DNA from: Trichosphaerium sp. ATCC 40318
Lineage: Eukaryota; Protista; Tubulinea
Direction: 5' to 3'
Assembly (NCBI GenBank): GCA_038496445.1
Contig: JALMLS010000453.1
Coordinates: 186,001 to 250,000 of the forward strand
DNA: 64,000 nucleotides
A program made the position numbers and the translations under genes. The notes beneath the pieces were generated by a model. That model worked only from the letters and a program-made list of their open reading frames with translations, did no database searches and was not told where the DNA came from. Below are positions 50,449-63,122 of this stretch, piece after piece. Each line of letters starts with the position of its first letter. Position 1 is the stretch's first letter.

Positions 50449-53400
50449 TCAATTTGGACTTACAACAACATTTTGATTTCTAGCAGTAATAGAAGGTCCA
50501 TCTGGTCTTTTTGGACCTCCCATCACGTTAACACCATCTCTAGTAGAAGCATCTTCTTGCTTGGTATCACTTGACATTGTTACACCTGGAGAAGTATTCG
50601 ATTGAGGTGTATCAGAAGTCTAAACAAGAATATGTAAGAACAAATCATAGCACAAGCCAAAAAAAATGAAATTAAAGGGAATGTATAACTCTCTTCTTCC
50701 TTCTACGTACATGAACATCTTGTTTCTTTGTTGCATAAACTACTCCACCAATTGCAGCAGCTACAACAGCAATACCGACAACAGATCCTACAGCGATACC
50801 GGCAATAGCGCCAGCACCAAGACCACCAGAGGCAGCGGCTGCACCAGCACCACCAACTGCAGTAACAGCTACAGCTGGAGTTGCAGCAGCAACAGGTACA
50901 GACGACACCGCAACTAGTCAAAAAGTTAGTTGTCGTTTACTGTAAATAAAATAGTGTTCACTTACTTGATGAAGGAACAATACCACTTGCAGAAGCAATG
51001 TTTGAGCCAGATGTGATGATGTTTTGTAAATTCGAAACAATTGATATTGAAGATACACTCTTAGTACCAACAACAGTCACTGAAACAGCTGTTGTTGCAC
51101 CTGCAGCAGCTTGTCTTTTTGATGAAGTACATCCAGAGCCAACCAAGGTCATATCTGAAAGTTGATCTTCTGTGATACCAAGCATTGTAATGAGACGTTC
51201 TCGCACAAATACTTCTGATGGACAACCGGAAATAACAAACTCAAGTTTTGACTCTGTAAGGAGTAAAACGTCCTTAAAGAAAGCAGAACCTTGACCACAT
51301 AATCCAACACCACCGCCATCTGGGCTGATAGTAAATGTGTAATCATAGACCTTTACAAAGAAACATTAGATGACAATTTGGGTTTGTTATATAGCATACG
51401 AAGTTAGTTCCAGCGATAGTAGTTTGGGTTCGTGTCCCGCCAGCAGCTTCCACTGACATTGTAATATCTTTCCACTCGCCTACTGCCCAATCTACAGTTT
51501 GGTAATCCAATGCACCCTATGAAACAGTTACACTTCTCAAACCCGTCTTTCTACTTTTTTTCGTACACGTCGACCCCAGTAGTATGTTTGACCAACTCTC
51601 ATTTGGGTACTGCTCTCAGGTTCAATGTACAACATCAGTATAGCGTCTGGGAATTGTGTATTACCCATACTACAAAGATAAATCAATAAACAAAGCCTGT
51701 TAGTCAGCACTTACCCATATCCAATAGCAGCAAAAGTGGTTTCATCGCTTCTTAGAACAGATACAGCAATAGTCATGGTACCACCAGGAAGGATTTCTTC
51801 AGTACTACGAATTTAAAGTTAGAACATTGAACAACTGCTGAAACATCTAAAAGCTAAAACGTACCCTTCCCATCGGATGCAATGTGGACTTGGTGCGTTT
51901 ACTAAATCAATAGAATTCTGGGTAGAGGCTTCTTGAAATATTCTTGAAAAAAATAAATAAGAACACACGTGATTTTGTAAACAAGTATTGCTTAAAAAAC
52001 CCAAACCATGTTAGTTACCTCCAATTGGCATCTGATCCTATTTTAAACGTTTTAAAAGATGGTTTCTCATTGATAGGTTTTGGGTTGCAGTCTATTCCAT
52101 CTCCTTCGTATCCAGTTACGCATTTACATTGTGGAGTTGATCCAGATAGATCGCATGTCGCTTGAGCATGACATCCTTGACATGTGACACATTGGAAGTT
52201 TGAACACATTTCACCACTTACACAATCACCACAAACATGTCCAGGACATTCAGTAACGCCACCACACTCAATGTTTCTTGTTGTACAAAGTTCATCACAT
52301 TCTGCGGGTGTGAGTGGATCAGGTGGTCTAAATACAGTTTTAGTATTAATCGAACTACACTTTTGGATCATACGGTGTAACACAAAGATTATTTTCACAT
52401 TCTTGGCCTGCCTGGCAATTTCCGCAATCGAGAGTAGTTCCACATCCGTCATTAAGCATACCACAAGCTCCAGAACAAGTATTGGATGGAATACACTCAC
52501 AACGACCTGTACAAAAATTAGTACTTCTTTACCTCACATAACAAGAAAAGAACATTGGCTATAAAAGAATGTTGTCTACCTTCAGAAGAGCACGTGTTTG
52601 GACCACTACAAGATCCACAAGAAATATCTTCACATCCATCAAAAGCAGAACCACAATTCTGTCCTCGTTCTGTACATACATTTGGATTACGGGTATTTGT
52701 GCATTCAAAGTCTATTCATTATTAGAATGAAATGCTATCTAGCTGTTGTAGTATTTTTGTTACTTACTACACTGGTCTACAGCAAATGGTCTTGCGTTGT
52801 AATTTTGGAATCGAGTGAATGCGCAATACATGAGGTGTCTGTCACCACATTGACGTTGGCTACATGCCATTTTGGTCTGGCTGTCAGAAACAATGATCCT
52901 TGCAAATAAAAATGTTAGATTCAAAATGAAAAAAAAGAAGATGGCTGTTTGAGGCTTTGTACGTACTTGTATCGCCATATGTAGTAATTTGCATTACCAT
53001 CAGATGTATCAATTACATCAGTTTCGCAAGTCCATAAATGTTTTTTCTCTATTATCGTGGCAAGTTCATCAGCAATGTTAAACTCACTATTACCATTTTC
53101 GTTTATATCGCCACCAATTGAAGGACGTTTCAGGCTTTCGGTGCAAGTGGTCAGGTATTCGTTAACTTGGGAAAGTAAATCTGTGTCCCATTCAACCGCA
53201 TTAAGACCATATAAAGCTCTACAAAAAGGTGTTAATAAAAATAAGATTTTAAGGGACTAAAATCACTTTGAGTACCTTTCATCATTTACAACTTGAAGAA
53301 TATCTTGAGGAAATCCAGGTATAACCTCACACTTATCATTTCTACATTGACTTCCTGAAGCACAAGTACCACAACCGTCGCTGTTACCGCAAGCGTCTGG

Positions 53401-55525
53401 ACCACATTCTTTGGTACCACATTGTTGATCACATGGAACACATTGTCCATTCTTACATTCGTTAAGGCCTTGACAGACTCCACATGACCTTCCAACACAG
53501 TTACTCGGACCACATTCTGTTGTTCCACAAGAAACAGTGCATCCTGAGTCAAAATCGACAAGGCAATTAATTGAACTGATATGAGCACAAGCTGCAGTTC
53601 TACTATTTTGGGAGAAGCGATCATAGTCTGTCGAACTAAACAAAAAGTTAGCTCAAAAAAACCCAAGAACTTTTTTCGGGTTTGGAAAAAGAGAACGTAC
53701 TCTCTGTTGTTTACACTTGGAAACATGATACCTATAATATATTGGTACGAAAGGTTGATTGTCTAAGGTAAATCCTAAATAGCTTACCTCCATTAGTGTC
53801 ATCATGTGAGCAATCGAAGTTGTGACCAGTTTCATGACCAACAACACGATGAGCTGAATGTCGACTATTCAAGTGATTGGAAATACCTGAACCAACATTC
53901 TAGCACTATGTTACCAGTGAAACAAACTTGGTTTGCATACCGTTCTACATATGGTACCGACCCAAGCGAGTCCAATAGTACCAGGAGATGGATAACAATT
54001 TGTCATGAGATGAAGAAGACCTGCATCAGGTTTGTTGTCTTGTTTCCATGCCGAGACTTGATCCAGTTTTGTTTCGATACCAGGACAACTGTTACCGAGT
54101 GTATTCCAATCTGGACCGCCAGGTGATTCGTTGATTTGAAGGGATTCAATTGTGAGATGAACATTCTATATTACACATTAGGACTAGTAATACAACTTGA
54201 AGGACAAAATCAAAACATGAGTGAAGAAAATAGCTTCAAAAAGCGTACAAATTCTCTTTCGTAGTACACGTTCATATCCATCCATACTAAAGTTGAAATG
54301 AACTTTAACACAACGACACAAAAACACAAAAAGTTACCTTGTTCAATGTAGTCTGTCGCTTGTTGTGCTCCACCCACCACTGCAACAAACCCAGCATCTG
54401 TAACAACAGCCTAATTTAACTTTAACTACCTAAAACTAGTCAAGGGGTTACTTACCTGCATTAATTGTTTATTTGTTTGAGGACAAGGAGATGGCGCTGC
54501 AGATACCAGAGCTGGAACTATTGATTGGTCTTCAATGCTCCTGACGAGAAACCAATAAGTACCGCAAGTTGTTACGTTTGGTGTAAATTACCTTTTAGGC
54601 ATAACACTATGTTTATGTTCTCCAGTGCCGCATAAATGTTCACGTGTGTCTGGATCCATCATGCTTTCTCTAAAAAACAAAGTTAGCATTGGTTGGTTGG
54701 GTTATAAATAGTCAGTACCTGATGAGTACATATTTCCCTTCAGCAAGCTTTTCTACATGTCTCTTGCTCATAAAAGACTTGTGGCTAAGAAAACGGGTAA
54801 ATTTTTAATTCGAGCGACGAAAACTCAATTTGAGTTTGTATTATCACGTGACGAAAACGGATAAGAAACAAAACCACATACATGCGAAAAGTCACGTGAG
54901 AATTCATTTTTGAATACAAAAAATGCAGAAAGTTAAAAGCACGTGACAATGCAAAAATTGGCGTACTTGGAAGCAAGGTCAAATACAACTCTATCGCCAT
55001 TAATGACAAAAGCACCTGAGAAGGTACCATCCTCATGAGCGATAAAACGGAGATCTTGGTGATTGCTTCCAATACCCTTGTATCCATTTCTGGGTGGAGG
55101 GTAACTCGTAATTGTTCCATTGACTTGTACTTCAATCTAAAATACATCGTTTTAGGCAGAAAAAAGCTTTACGAGCGCTACCACCAACTTACCTCTGCAT
55201 CAGGACCAAAAACAGAATAAGATCTGACTCGGAATACTTTCTTTTCATTGTTTGCTTTATGGATTACGAAACGTCTTTCAATACCACCACTGCGCTTGGA
55301 GAAGCGCGCTGGAGAAAGTTCCACTAGAATAAATTTGTAAGTATCAAAGTTTTGTAAAAGTGCTTGTGGAGTTCTAAGTCGTTTTTACTTGTAAACAACA
55401 CGCATGTAGAAAAGTTTTAGCGTACTTTTGTAAGCAACATCATAATCATTCACTCTATCCCAGTACGCCTGTTCGTAACATGAAACAGATATTACAACAA
55501 GGCACAAAGCCAGGAGTTTCAACAT
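50449..55525 (-). CDS. Type I membrane reprolysin/ADAM-like (M12B) metalloprotease with Cys-rich repeats, CAP-like, EGF-like and SEA-like regions
   Basis: Signal peptide MLKLLALCLVVISVSC; prodomain HLCGT (Cys switch); GTIGLAWVGTIC; zinc motif HETGHNFDCSHD; Met-turn GIMFP; CGxDxCG..CGxC repeats; VVNDE/RALYGLNAVEWD (CAP-like); EGF CHAQATC..CKCVTGYEGDGIDC; TM GAIAGIAVGSVVGIAVVAAAIGGVVY. Confidence 0.85.
54844..54946. promoter_or_regulatory. Cluster of three CACGTG E-box palindromes inside a long intron
   Basis: ATCACGTGAC (54843), GTCACGTGAG (54891) and GCACGTGAC (54939), about 48 bp apart. Confidence 0.5.
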
Positions 55526-56242
55526 TGTTGAAGAGATACTTGTGCTGTTTTGTGTTGGAATAATTAATGTATTGTTCACAAGTCCAGGAACTAGCGTCGC
55601 TACCAAAGTGTGTACATATCACTGAGCGCCGTCATGGCATTTTCTTATTACTATCGCGAGCATATAAGAAATTCGCCTGTAAATAGCTTGGGTTGCGAAT
55701 ATGTTATCGTCGAATATTTTTTGTTTAAAACACTGTATGAAAGCGATACAAGGCCAATAAATAAGTTGTCTGAAGTAGCTTTCTTTATATCGCTGTATTT
55801 GCGACATTGCCTCTTGTGGCCATATAATCATAAGTATACTGTTGATAGAACATTGTTTGATATTCCTTTTCCACTCACAATATATATTCTGCTTTCTGTG
55901 GTCTCTGTACGCGCGAATTGAGTTATTCTGTAATAACGCTAAAAACCTGCCAAATCATTTATGGAATCTCTTGGCCTTACAGGCGCATGTTCTGTTTTTT
56001 CTGAAATCACGTGCGCAATGTATAGTGCAGCGCACTTCGGCAGGCGAATCTGATGGTTGGAAAAACGCGAAATTGGCCGAAAGTGTAAATAAATAACCTC
56101 ATTTTTTGCGCGTAGACTTGTACAACTTTGCTATCGTATCCTACATTAAATTAGAAAGCTTGTGTGGGCTTTTAACAAAATGGTAGTTCGACAAAGGAAA
56201 AAAATACGGTAATAAGTAGTCGCTATAATAATAAGTAGTACC

Positions 56243-56800
56243 ATGCCTGTAAAGAGGCGCCAAAAGGGTTTTTTAGGATCACGTGACAAACATCAGGTAT
56301 TTTTTTTTTTTTACACAAAGTAAGCCGTTATGGCATTGTTCTTTGTGACTTGTAGAGCTCCAAGTTGGCTGAGAAGCGAGTGGTAACCACCTTGACAAAA
56401 AAAGTTAGTTCGAGGTTAAAAACACTCAGGAGATACTATTTGTAGTTCCGTTTTGGAAGCTGGGCAAAAGCAAACTCTAACGTAGTCTATTTTGAAGGCC
56501 TTTAGACAAAAATTTTGGTGTTTGTAAAGAGTTTTAGCCAAATACGCGAACGTACGTGTGGACATCATAATAGTCGTTGTCTCTTATCGCAGTCGGCCTG
56601 TAAGACGTAACAAGCTACCAATAGTTTCCTACAATAAGATATTAAGCCAAGAGTGTGGAGTGTTGAATGAGAAGAAGGAGAAGCTGTTTTTGTAAGTAAT
56701 ATTAACCACAAAATAAAAAGTACACACAACTTGTAACGACTAGCGTGCTAGCTTTTATACTAATATAACGTACGCCCAGGTCACAGGCATAGACGAAGGT
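56243..56800 (+). CDS. Possible small spliced gene, or 5' exons of the downstream kinase
   Basis: MPVKRRQKGFLGSRDKHQ with a GT donor and further short exon-like segments; no reliable full model. Confidence 0.25.
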
Positions 56801-57399
56801 ACGTTTTACCATTTAAAACGCACAACTAACAAAAAAGAAAATGCCATACATACAAACTTCATCTAATGAAGTACGGAGATGTGTTGATTTGTTGGGTGAA
56901 TTAGCTTTGTTTAAATCGCTGTATTTACGACACAGCCGTCTTATATACGTACAATATGGTGGAACCTTATACGACACAATCTATTGTTGTGCTATACCAT
57001 TGTTTTCCAGAATACTTAGCGTTGTCCGAATTTCGTTTTAAGTTGGCAAAACAATCACGTGATTTTTTTTTCGAAATCAATAACAAAGCTCGCACATCCG
57101 CAAATACATGGCGAAAGCAATCAAGCTAAATGTTGCTGTCATAATTATTGAATACCAAGACCGAAGCTACGTGAACTGAGCATGATTCGCCAGCCTCATG
57201 CGACTTTATTAATGAATACAGTTTCTCTTTCTTTGATTTTATACAAGGGCATGATTGTCTTTGCATAGCTGTAGGTAGACGTCCTTATATGACAGCCATG
57301 ACGCTACTTACACTAAACATGTATTTTTAGGTGCTAATATAGTGCACATACCAACTACCCTGTGACAAAAAGAGGCAAACGTAGAACTGCTTCGAACGC

Positions 57400-60053
57400 T
57401 GTTTATTTTGTGCTATTGGCTCACTAGTCAACACGTTAAGAAACTGAAAACCTGGGAGATATCTTCTTCATCCCCAACGGTGTCATACATGATTAAAAAC
57501 GTTCAGAAACTGCCTGTTATATTAGGGAAAATTCTTCTTGATTTCAGAAAAGAAGAAGTTCGGAAAGTACACGACACTGGCGGTTCACAATACAACGTAT
57601 TTCCTTCACTACTATCACTGTAATAATTTAAAATATAACTATATTAAGTAAGAGCGGCGGTTAGTGTACAAGGTTATTAGGTTTAGACACAGCATGGCGT
57701 ACGTTATCTTTTTTCTAGTAGTAAATTCTATTTTGTCACTACACAGCGCTTTCCTGTTGATATTTGTCGGTGTTTACGGCTATAACAAACTAAAATAACG
57801 TTTTTAGGGAGGAAAAAATAGATATCACATGTTTATTCACGTGCGACGCCGCGGAAGGAGTAGGTGAGCGTCTTTTTTGTATTGGGAGTTTTTTTTTTCC
57901 CCGTTAAAATTATTTGTCGATTTCTCTATCACGTGATTATATATCGAGATGCGATCCCTAGATCTCGATCTTTGGCTATTTTTATGTGTATTTAAGGTTA
58001 TTATTCTAGATTTCTCAAAGGACTCCGCGATACCATTGCCTTGTTATTATTCTTCACTTCGTGACAAGTTAAAAGAATTGGGCGAATGTAGAAGAAATAA
58101 AATTATAAAGTGTATTGATTATAAAGACGTTGATGATGAGTTTGTGCGTATAGACCACGAGAAAGGTAAGTAAATATGTTCGAATTGTTAAATTTAGTGT
58201 GTTATTCATGTTCGATGTAGATTGGGAGAACGCTTTGAAGCACATACAAAGGAACAAAATGACAATCTATTTAAAGATTTCTTATGATCTCATTCCCCAA
58301 AAGTTCTTGGATTTACAATCAGACTTGAATATTATACCGTATTCTGATTTCTCGGGTATAACAAGTATAAATGAAGGAGCATATGGAGCAGTTTATAAGG
58401 CGCAAAATATTACAGGTAAGGACTGAAAACGTTGTCAACTTTTAACCGAAAAAAAAAAAGGTGATGATGTTGCAATGAAGAAGGTGAAGCAAGCTTTTTC
58501 GCTTAAATCTGATGAATTAAATAAAGCACAAAAAGACCTCTTCGAAGAGCTTAAAATACACAGGTAAGATGATATAGGTTTCCATATAAACAAATTACTT
58601 TTTTTTTTCTTTATCGCTAATTTTAAAAGTAAGCTAGATGATCCAAACATAGTCAGATTCATCGGTGTCAGTATGAGCGATGGTATATTACATATAATTA
58701 ATGAGTATATGGAACATGGATGTCTTTCTGCGTTCCTTGAGAAGCATAGAAGGGACCTCTGTCCTACAATGTCTATACATGTAGGTTTTGGTTTTTTTTT
58801 CGTAGCTAAACAACTTTGTCACGTGCAAATTTTTCTTTTTAGATAGCCACAGAGATTGCAAAAGGGATGAAGTACCTCCACCTGCGAAATTCCCAAATTT
58901 TACATAGAGGTACGAGTACAAATGATTGAATCACTACAATCTTTTTTGACATATTTCCAGATTTGAATTCTGGTAATGTGCTTCTGGCAGGACCAATAGA
59001 ACATTTGAGGGTATGTATTTCAGACTTTGGTTTATCTAGAGTATTACAGAATACAACTACAAGCAATTGGTATGCACTAAAAAACCTGACTTAAGGAAGA
59101 TGTTCGAACTAGTTTTATTTAATACTTTCTTTATTCAATGACGCTTGTAGGTATTCTAAGTCTCGTTGTCATGAAGGATATATGCCTCCTGAGATTGTGA
59201 ATTACAAAAGCGGCACAGACGTACCGTATAACAGTAGTGGTGATGTCTACGCTTACGGTATTTTAATGTATGAAATATGGACTGGAGAAGCACCTTGGGC
59301 ACGTGTAACAACCTCCGAATGGCAGAAAAAGGTACCATATAAACTTGATTATATGCTAGCTGATGCGCTAAATTTGAGGTTGCGAGTGGAGATCAATTTG
59401 ATGATCCTAAAAACGCACCTGTTTGGTGGAATCGATTGACAAGGAATTGCATACAACAATTAAAAAAAGGTGGGAACTTTTGGTTTAAAAAATTAAATGA
59501 TGCACTAACGTGTCTTATTAAGGACGGCACAGGCCTGCCTTCAAAGAGATAGTGTCGGTTTTAGAGCCTATTAACAAGGCGTTTCCTTCGTCTATTGCGT
59601 ACAAAGTTTGGGATAACTTCAAAGAAGGAAAGAACAAAGTGTTTGTTTTGTATGTCGCTTTTAAGCTAAGTCATCAAGTTCTTTGTTGACGCTTTATTTA
59701 GCATTCTAATGGAAGGTAAACAACAATACAACTTATACTTTCAACAAATGAATACGGTTAAAAAACTGACCGTTGAAAGTATACGAATAGGTAAGTGCAA
59801 AGAAAGCAAAGCTGTGACTTTTCCCATTTTTTTCTGGAATAATCTTTAACTCTTTATGAAGGTAAAGAGTCTCATATCAACATTACAGCAACTTGTGAAA
59901 ATAAAAGGTATCAGCTATCTTCTTTTTTTTGTAATTTTAAAGTAAGAGCTAACACATCCGCATAGTTCAGTATTTAAAGGAAAGGATTTGAAGAGGCCAG
60001 CAAGATGGGTAAAATATCTTAATGTATTAGCCAAAAATAAAATTAAACGCTAA
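57400..60053 (+). CDS. TKL-group protein kinase with N-terminal PB1-like and C-terminal PH-like domains
   Basis: IDYKDVDDEFVRI (PB1 acidic motif); INEGAYGAVYKA, VAMKK, LDDPNIVRFIG, IAKGMKYLH..ILHR/DLNSGNVLL, ISDFGLSR, YMPPE, DVYAYGILMYEIWTGEAPW, RPAFKEIV; tail ..RWVKYLN. Start uncertain. Confidence 0.85.
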
Positions 60054-60517
60054 CACACATGCCCAACAGTATTATTGTAGTAACAACAGTCTTGTCTTTA
60101 TTTTGGTGTAATGGCAGTTCCCTTTTGGCATTGTCGGTTAGACTCTTTTTGAAAAACTGATGAGTGAAATCCACCCATTTAGGTCAAGGTTATTGAATTA
60201 AGATGTACTAAAATCTTCGTACTGTTAATGTGATTGAAAACAAAAAAAAAATGCTTTTGTTTGATAATGTACGTTAATCGTCAGCGATCAGATAGTTATT
60301 TTGGATGTAATCGCTCCTTACACTTATTAGGATAAGGTAACTAGAAGATGAGTTGAGGCCTATTTTCTCAAATTGGTCATTGCTGTAGTTAATGTTGAAC
60401 GCTGTTTGAGCCAGTTTTAGCTTTTATGCATTAGAATATCCAAAAGATGACCCCAGGCCTTGTTATTGTTAAACTTTTGTTGCAATAAATCTAATATATT
60501 ATTTGATATACATTTCT

Positions 60518-61670
60518 CTATGATTGGTCTGTTAACTCTGTGTCTGGTTCAGATGAATTCCAGTCTTGCGATGCAAGTTCGTATGAATTTCCATCTTCCT
60601 TTTTCCTCATCTTTCTGGCAATCTAAAATGTAGTTAGAATACACTCAATTTTACCACTAAAATACAGTAAAAAGCATAACTCATATTACAAACGGCATAG
60701 TTAATTTCAGAAAGAAGAACGAATGCAAACATTTTCGGATCGTTAACGATAAAAAAAATCATAAAGAACTCTTTGCTTACAGCATAGATTATCATAGCAA
60801 GAGCAATTCCGAGAGCAATACCCATAACGCCTGTAAGTATTATAACTATAACCCATATACTTATCCCATTCGCTGATGGCTGGGTGCCTTCAGAGCAAAT
60901 TTTATAATTCTCCTAAGTTGCTATGTTATTTGTAGGTAAGTCGTAAAAAAACTTCTAAAAACAGCGTAGCATTGCGCGTGTTAACGACTTGCCATTATAA
61001 TGCACCCTGGTCTATCTACCGTGCTAGGAATAGCAGGGGATTTATGCGTAATACAAGTGATCTCTTCAGCCTAAAACAAACATTTAAACTACGCACGTGC
61101 CTGTAAAACCTAGAATCACGTGACAAATTCAAAAAACGAAACGGTATCGAAAAAAAAAAAAGTATCGGTTTACCGTAGTGTCTATCGTCTTTCCTATTAC
61201 TACTGCATCGTATACGCCCAAATACGATAAAGAGTAAACTCCAGAAGCTCCTGTAGCATAAAACAGTATTTTTTGTCCTTTCGTAACGGCATTTAGACAA
61301 TCACCGCTACCAACGCCATGAGAAGAGAACCCAGATACCTAACACAATCCAAAAACAAATTAACATAAGCACTAAATTAAAACATACACGCACAGTTATT
61401 TCTTCGGCTGTACATCCTTTGTAAAGCTCTACGACGGATAATAAAGCAGTTGCTTCGAATCGACTTGATGTATTTACGGAAACAACCGTTGCTAAGCCAA
61501 TAACTGTCGCTTTGTTTACGCGATCCTTTGTGGTATAATGAGGCGCTAGTAATGCTATCACAAACGAGGAAAAACATTGTAGTTCTGCTAAGGACAATGT
61601 ACATACCGTTATGAGGAGGTCTACAAGATAATACATAAGCAACCAATAACAAGATACCAAAGGCACGCAT
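60518..61670 (-). CDS. Type I membrane protein with NtA (agrin N-terminal)/TIMP-like OB-fold ectodomain
   Basis: MRAFGILLLVAYVLS|CRPPHN/ALLAPHYTTKDRVNKATVIGLATVVSV..ATALLSVVELYKGC..IT/VSGFSSHGVGSGDCLNAVTKGQKILFYA..; TM IWVIVIILTGVMGIALGIALAMIIYA; short tail with YEL. Confidence 0.7.
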
Positions 61671-63039
61671 TCGAAGGATTTGTGGTTCTTTTTCGTTGTA
61701 GTCTATTCTAGTCTCACGAGCAAGAAAAATACCTATGATGTGCGAAGCTTCTAATATCCTTACAGTCCCACGCTAAACCAAAACCCAGTGTTGGTCCAAT
61801 ACTGAGTATCAACTACGACCACCCTTTCCTATCTAACACTTCTACAAAAATTACCTACATGCCCAAACCAGATATGCACTTTCCAGCAAGTCCGCTTCAC
61901 AATTTGTGTAGGAATTGAAATTTCCTAATCTAGCGTCAATAAAGTATCGAAGAATACAGTCAACAAACTTACAGAATTTTATCCTAAATCGGATAGATAA
62001 TCGTTGTTGCCTCTGGTAGTGTTAAAGGGCGGTCTTGGCTTGATTATCAATTACTGCAATAACAATCACAATTTATGAATGTTATCCAGCCGTTATCACC
62101 TAGTGGTTGCAGCGATAAAAAAGAACGACTGAGTTTAGAAGTATTAAAAAAAGTTGAAGTATAGATATTTGCAATACGCTTACTATAAACGCGGAGGAAC
62201 CAATTGAAGAACTAGTGTTATCATGCTGAGAAAATTACATAGAAGCCAAGATAGTGGCACACTCGAAAAGCAGTTCAATACTGTAACAGATCAAAAAGCT
62301 AACATACAAAAAACCCTGAAGTAGAGTATGGAATCAACGGGGCTAGAGGCTTACTACCAATGCGCTTTTATTCTAGGATCGCCTATCCTTATCAATGGCA
62401 CTACTAGAGCAACTGTCCTAATCATTGAGTATTGATCGCTGCTAACGTGACATTATTTCAACTTGTAAAACCAGAAAATCAGAAAAGCAATTTACCTCTA
62501 TAATCTCTCCTTTTAACTGTAACAAAACTTGTTAACCTCTTTGATATCGAACATGTATCTACTCACATTGATAGTATTTTCAAATGAAACGCGATGAAAG
62601 TAAACCAGCTAACTTGAAGTTTTATTTTATCTTTTTTTCGAGTAGTTCGCGCGAACTTGGTTTCTCCAAGTTCATCTTAAGAAATTGCGTTTAGATACTT
62701 ATCTGATCCATTGATAACTTTAGTGTCTTTTTATCACTTTCACTAGATTTCTCGTCATTTTATTTTAACCAATACACAAAAATGAGATCACAAAAGTTTC
62801 CTGCTTTCTTGCTAGAATTTGAACTGTATCGACTTGCCTACTTTTAGAAGCCAATTCAAGAGCTACGGTACTTCCGTTATATTGTGAGGTGAAACCACAT
62901 TAAACTGGGTACACTAAAAAAGCTGGTGAATTTTTGTCTGTTTTCAGTATGCCTACACTCTAGAGAATACAATTTAACTAACAAATTCTATAGCCCTAGC
63001 ATCGCAGTACTATGAACCAGCAACGTTTTACCTCAAAGT

Positions 63040-63122
63040 TTTTACGACAAACAAAACAGACTCACGTGCCAAATTGAGATTTTACGACAAACAAAACAGA
63101 GACTCACATGCCAATTGAATTT
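63040..63122 (+). repeat. Tandem duplication of about 40 bp containing an E-box
   Basis: TTTTACGACAAACAAAACAGACTCACGTGCCAAATTGA followed by TTTTACGACAAACAAAACAGAGACTCACATGCCAATTGA. Confidence 0.85.

Noticed and set aside
54844-54946. Yeast-like point centromere (CDEI RTCACRTG)
   Set aside because: The motif is scattered across the window inside genes, with no CDEII/CDEIII arrangement.
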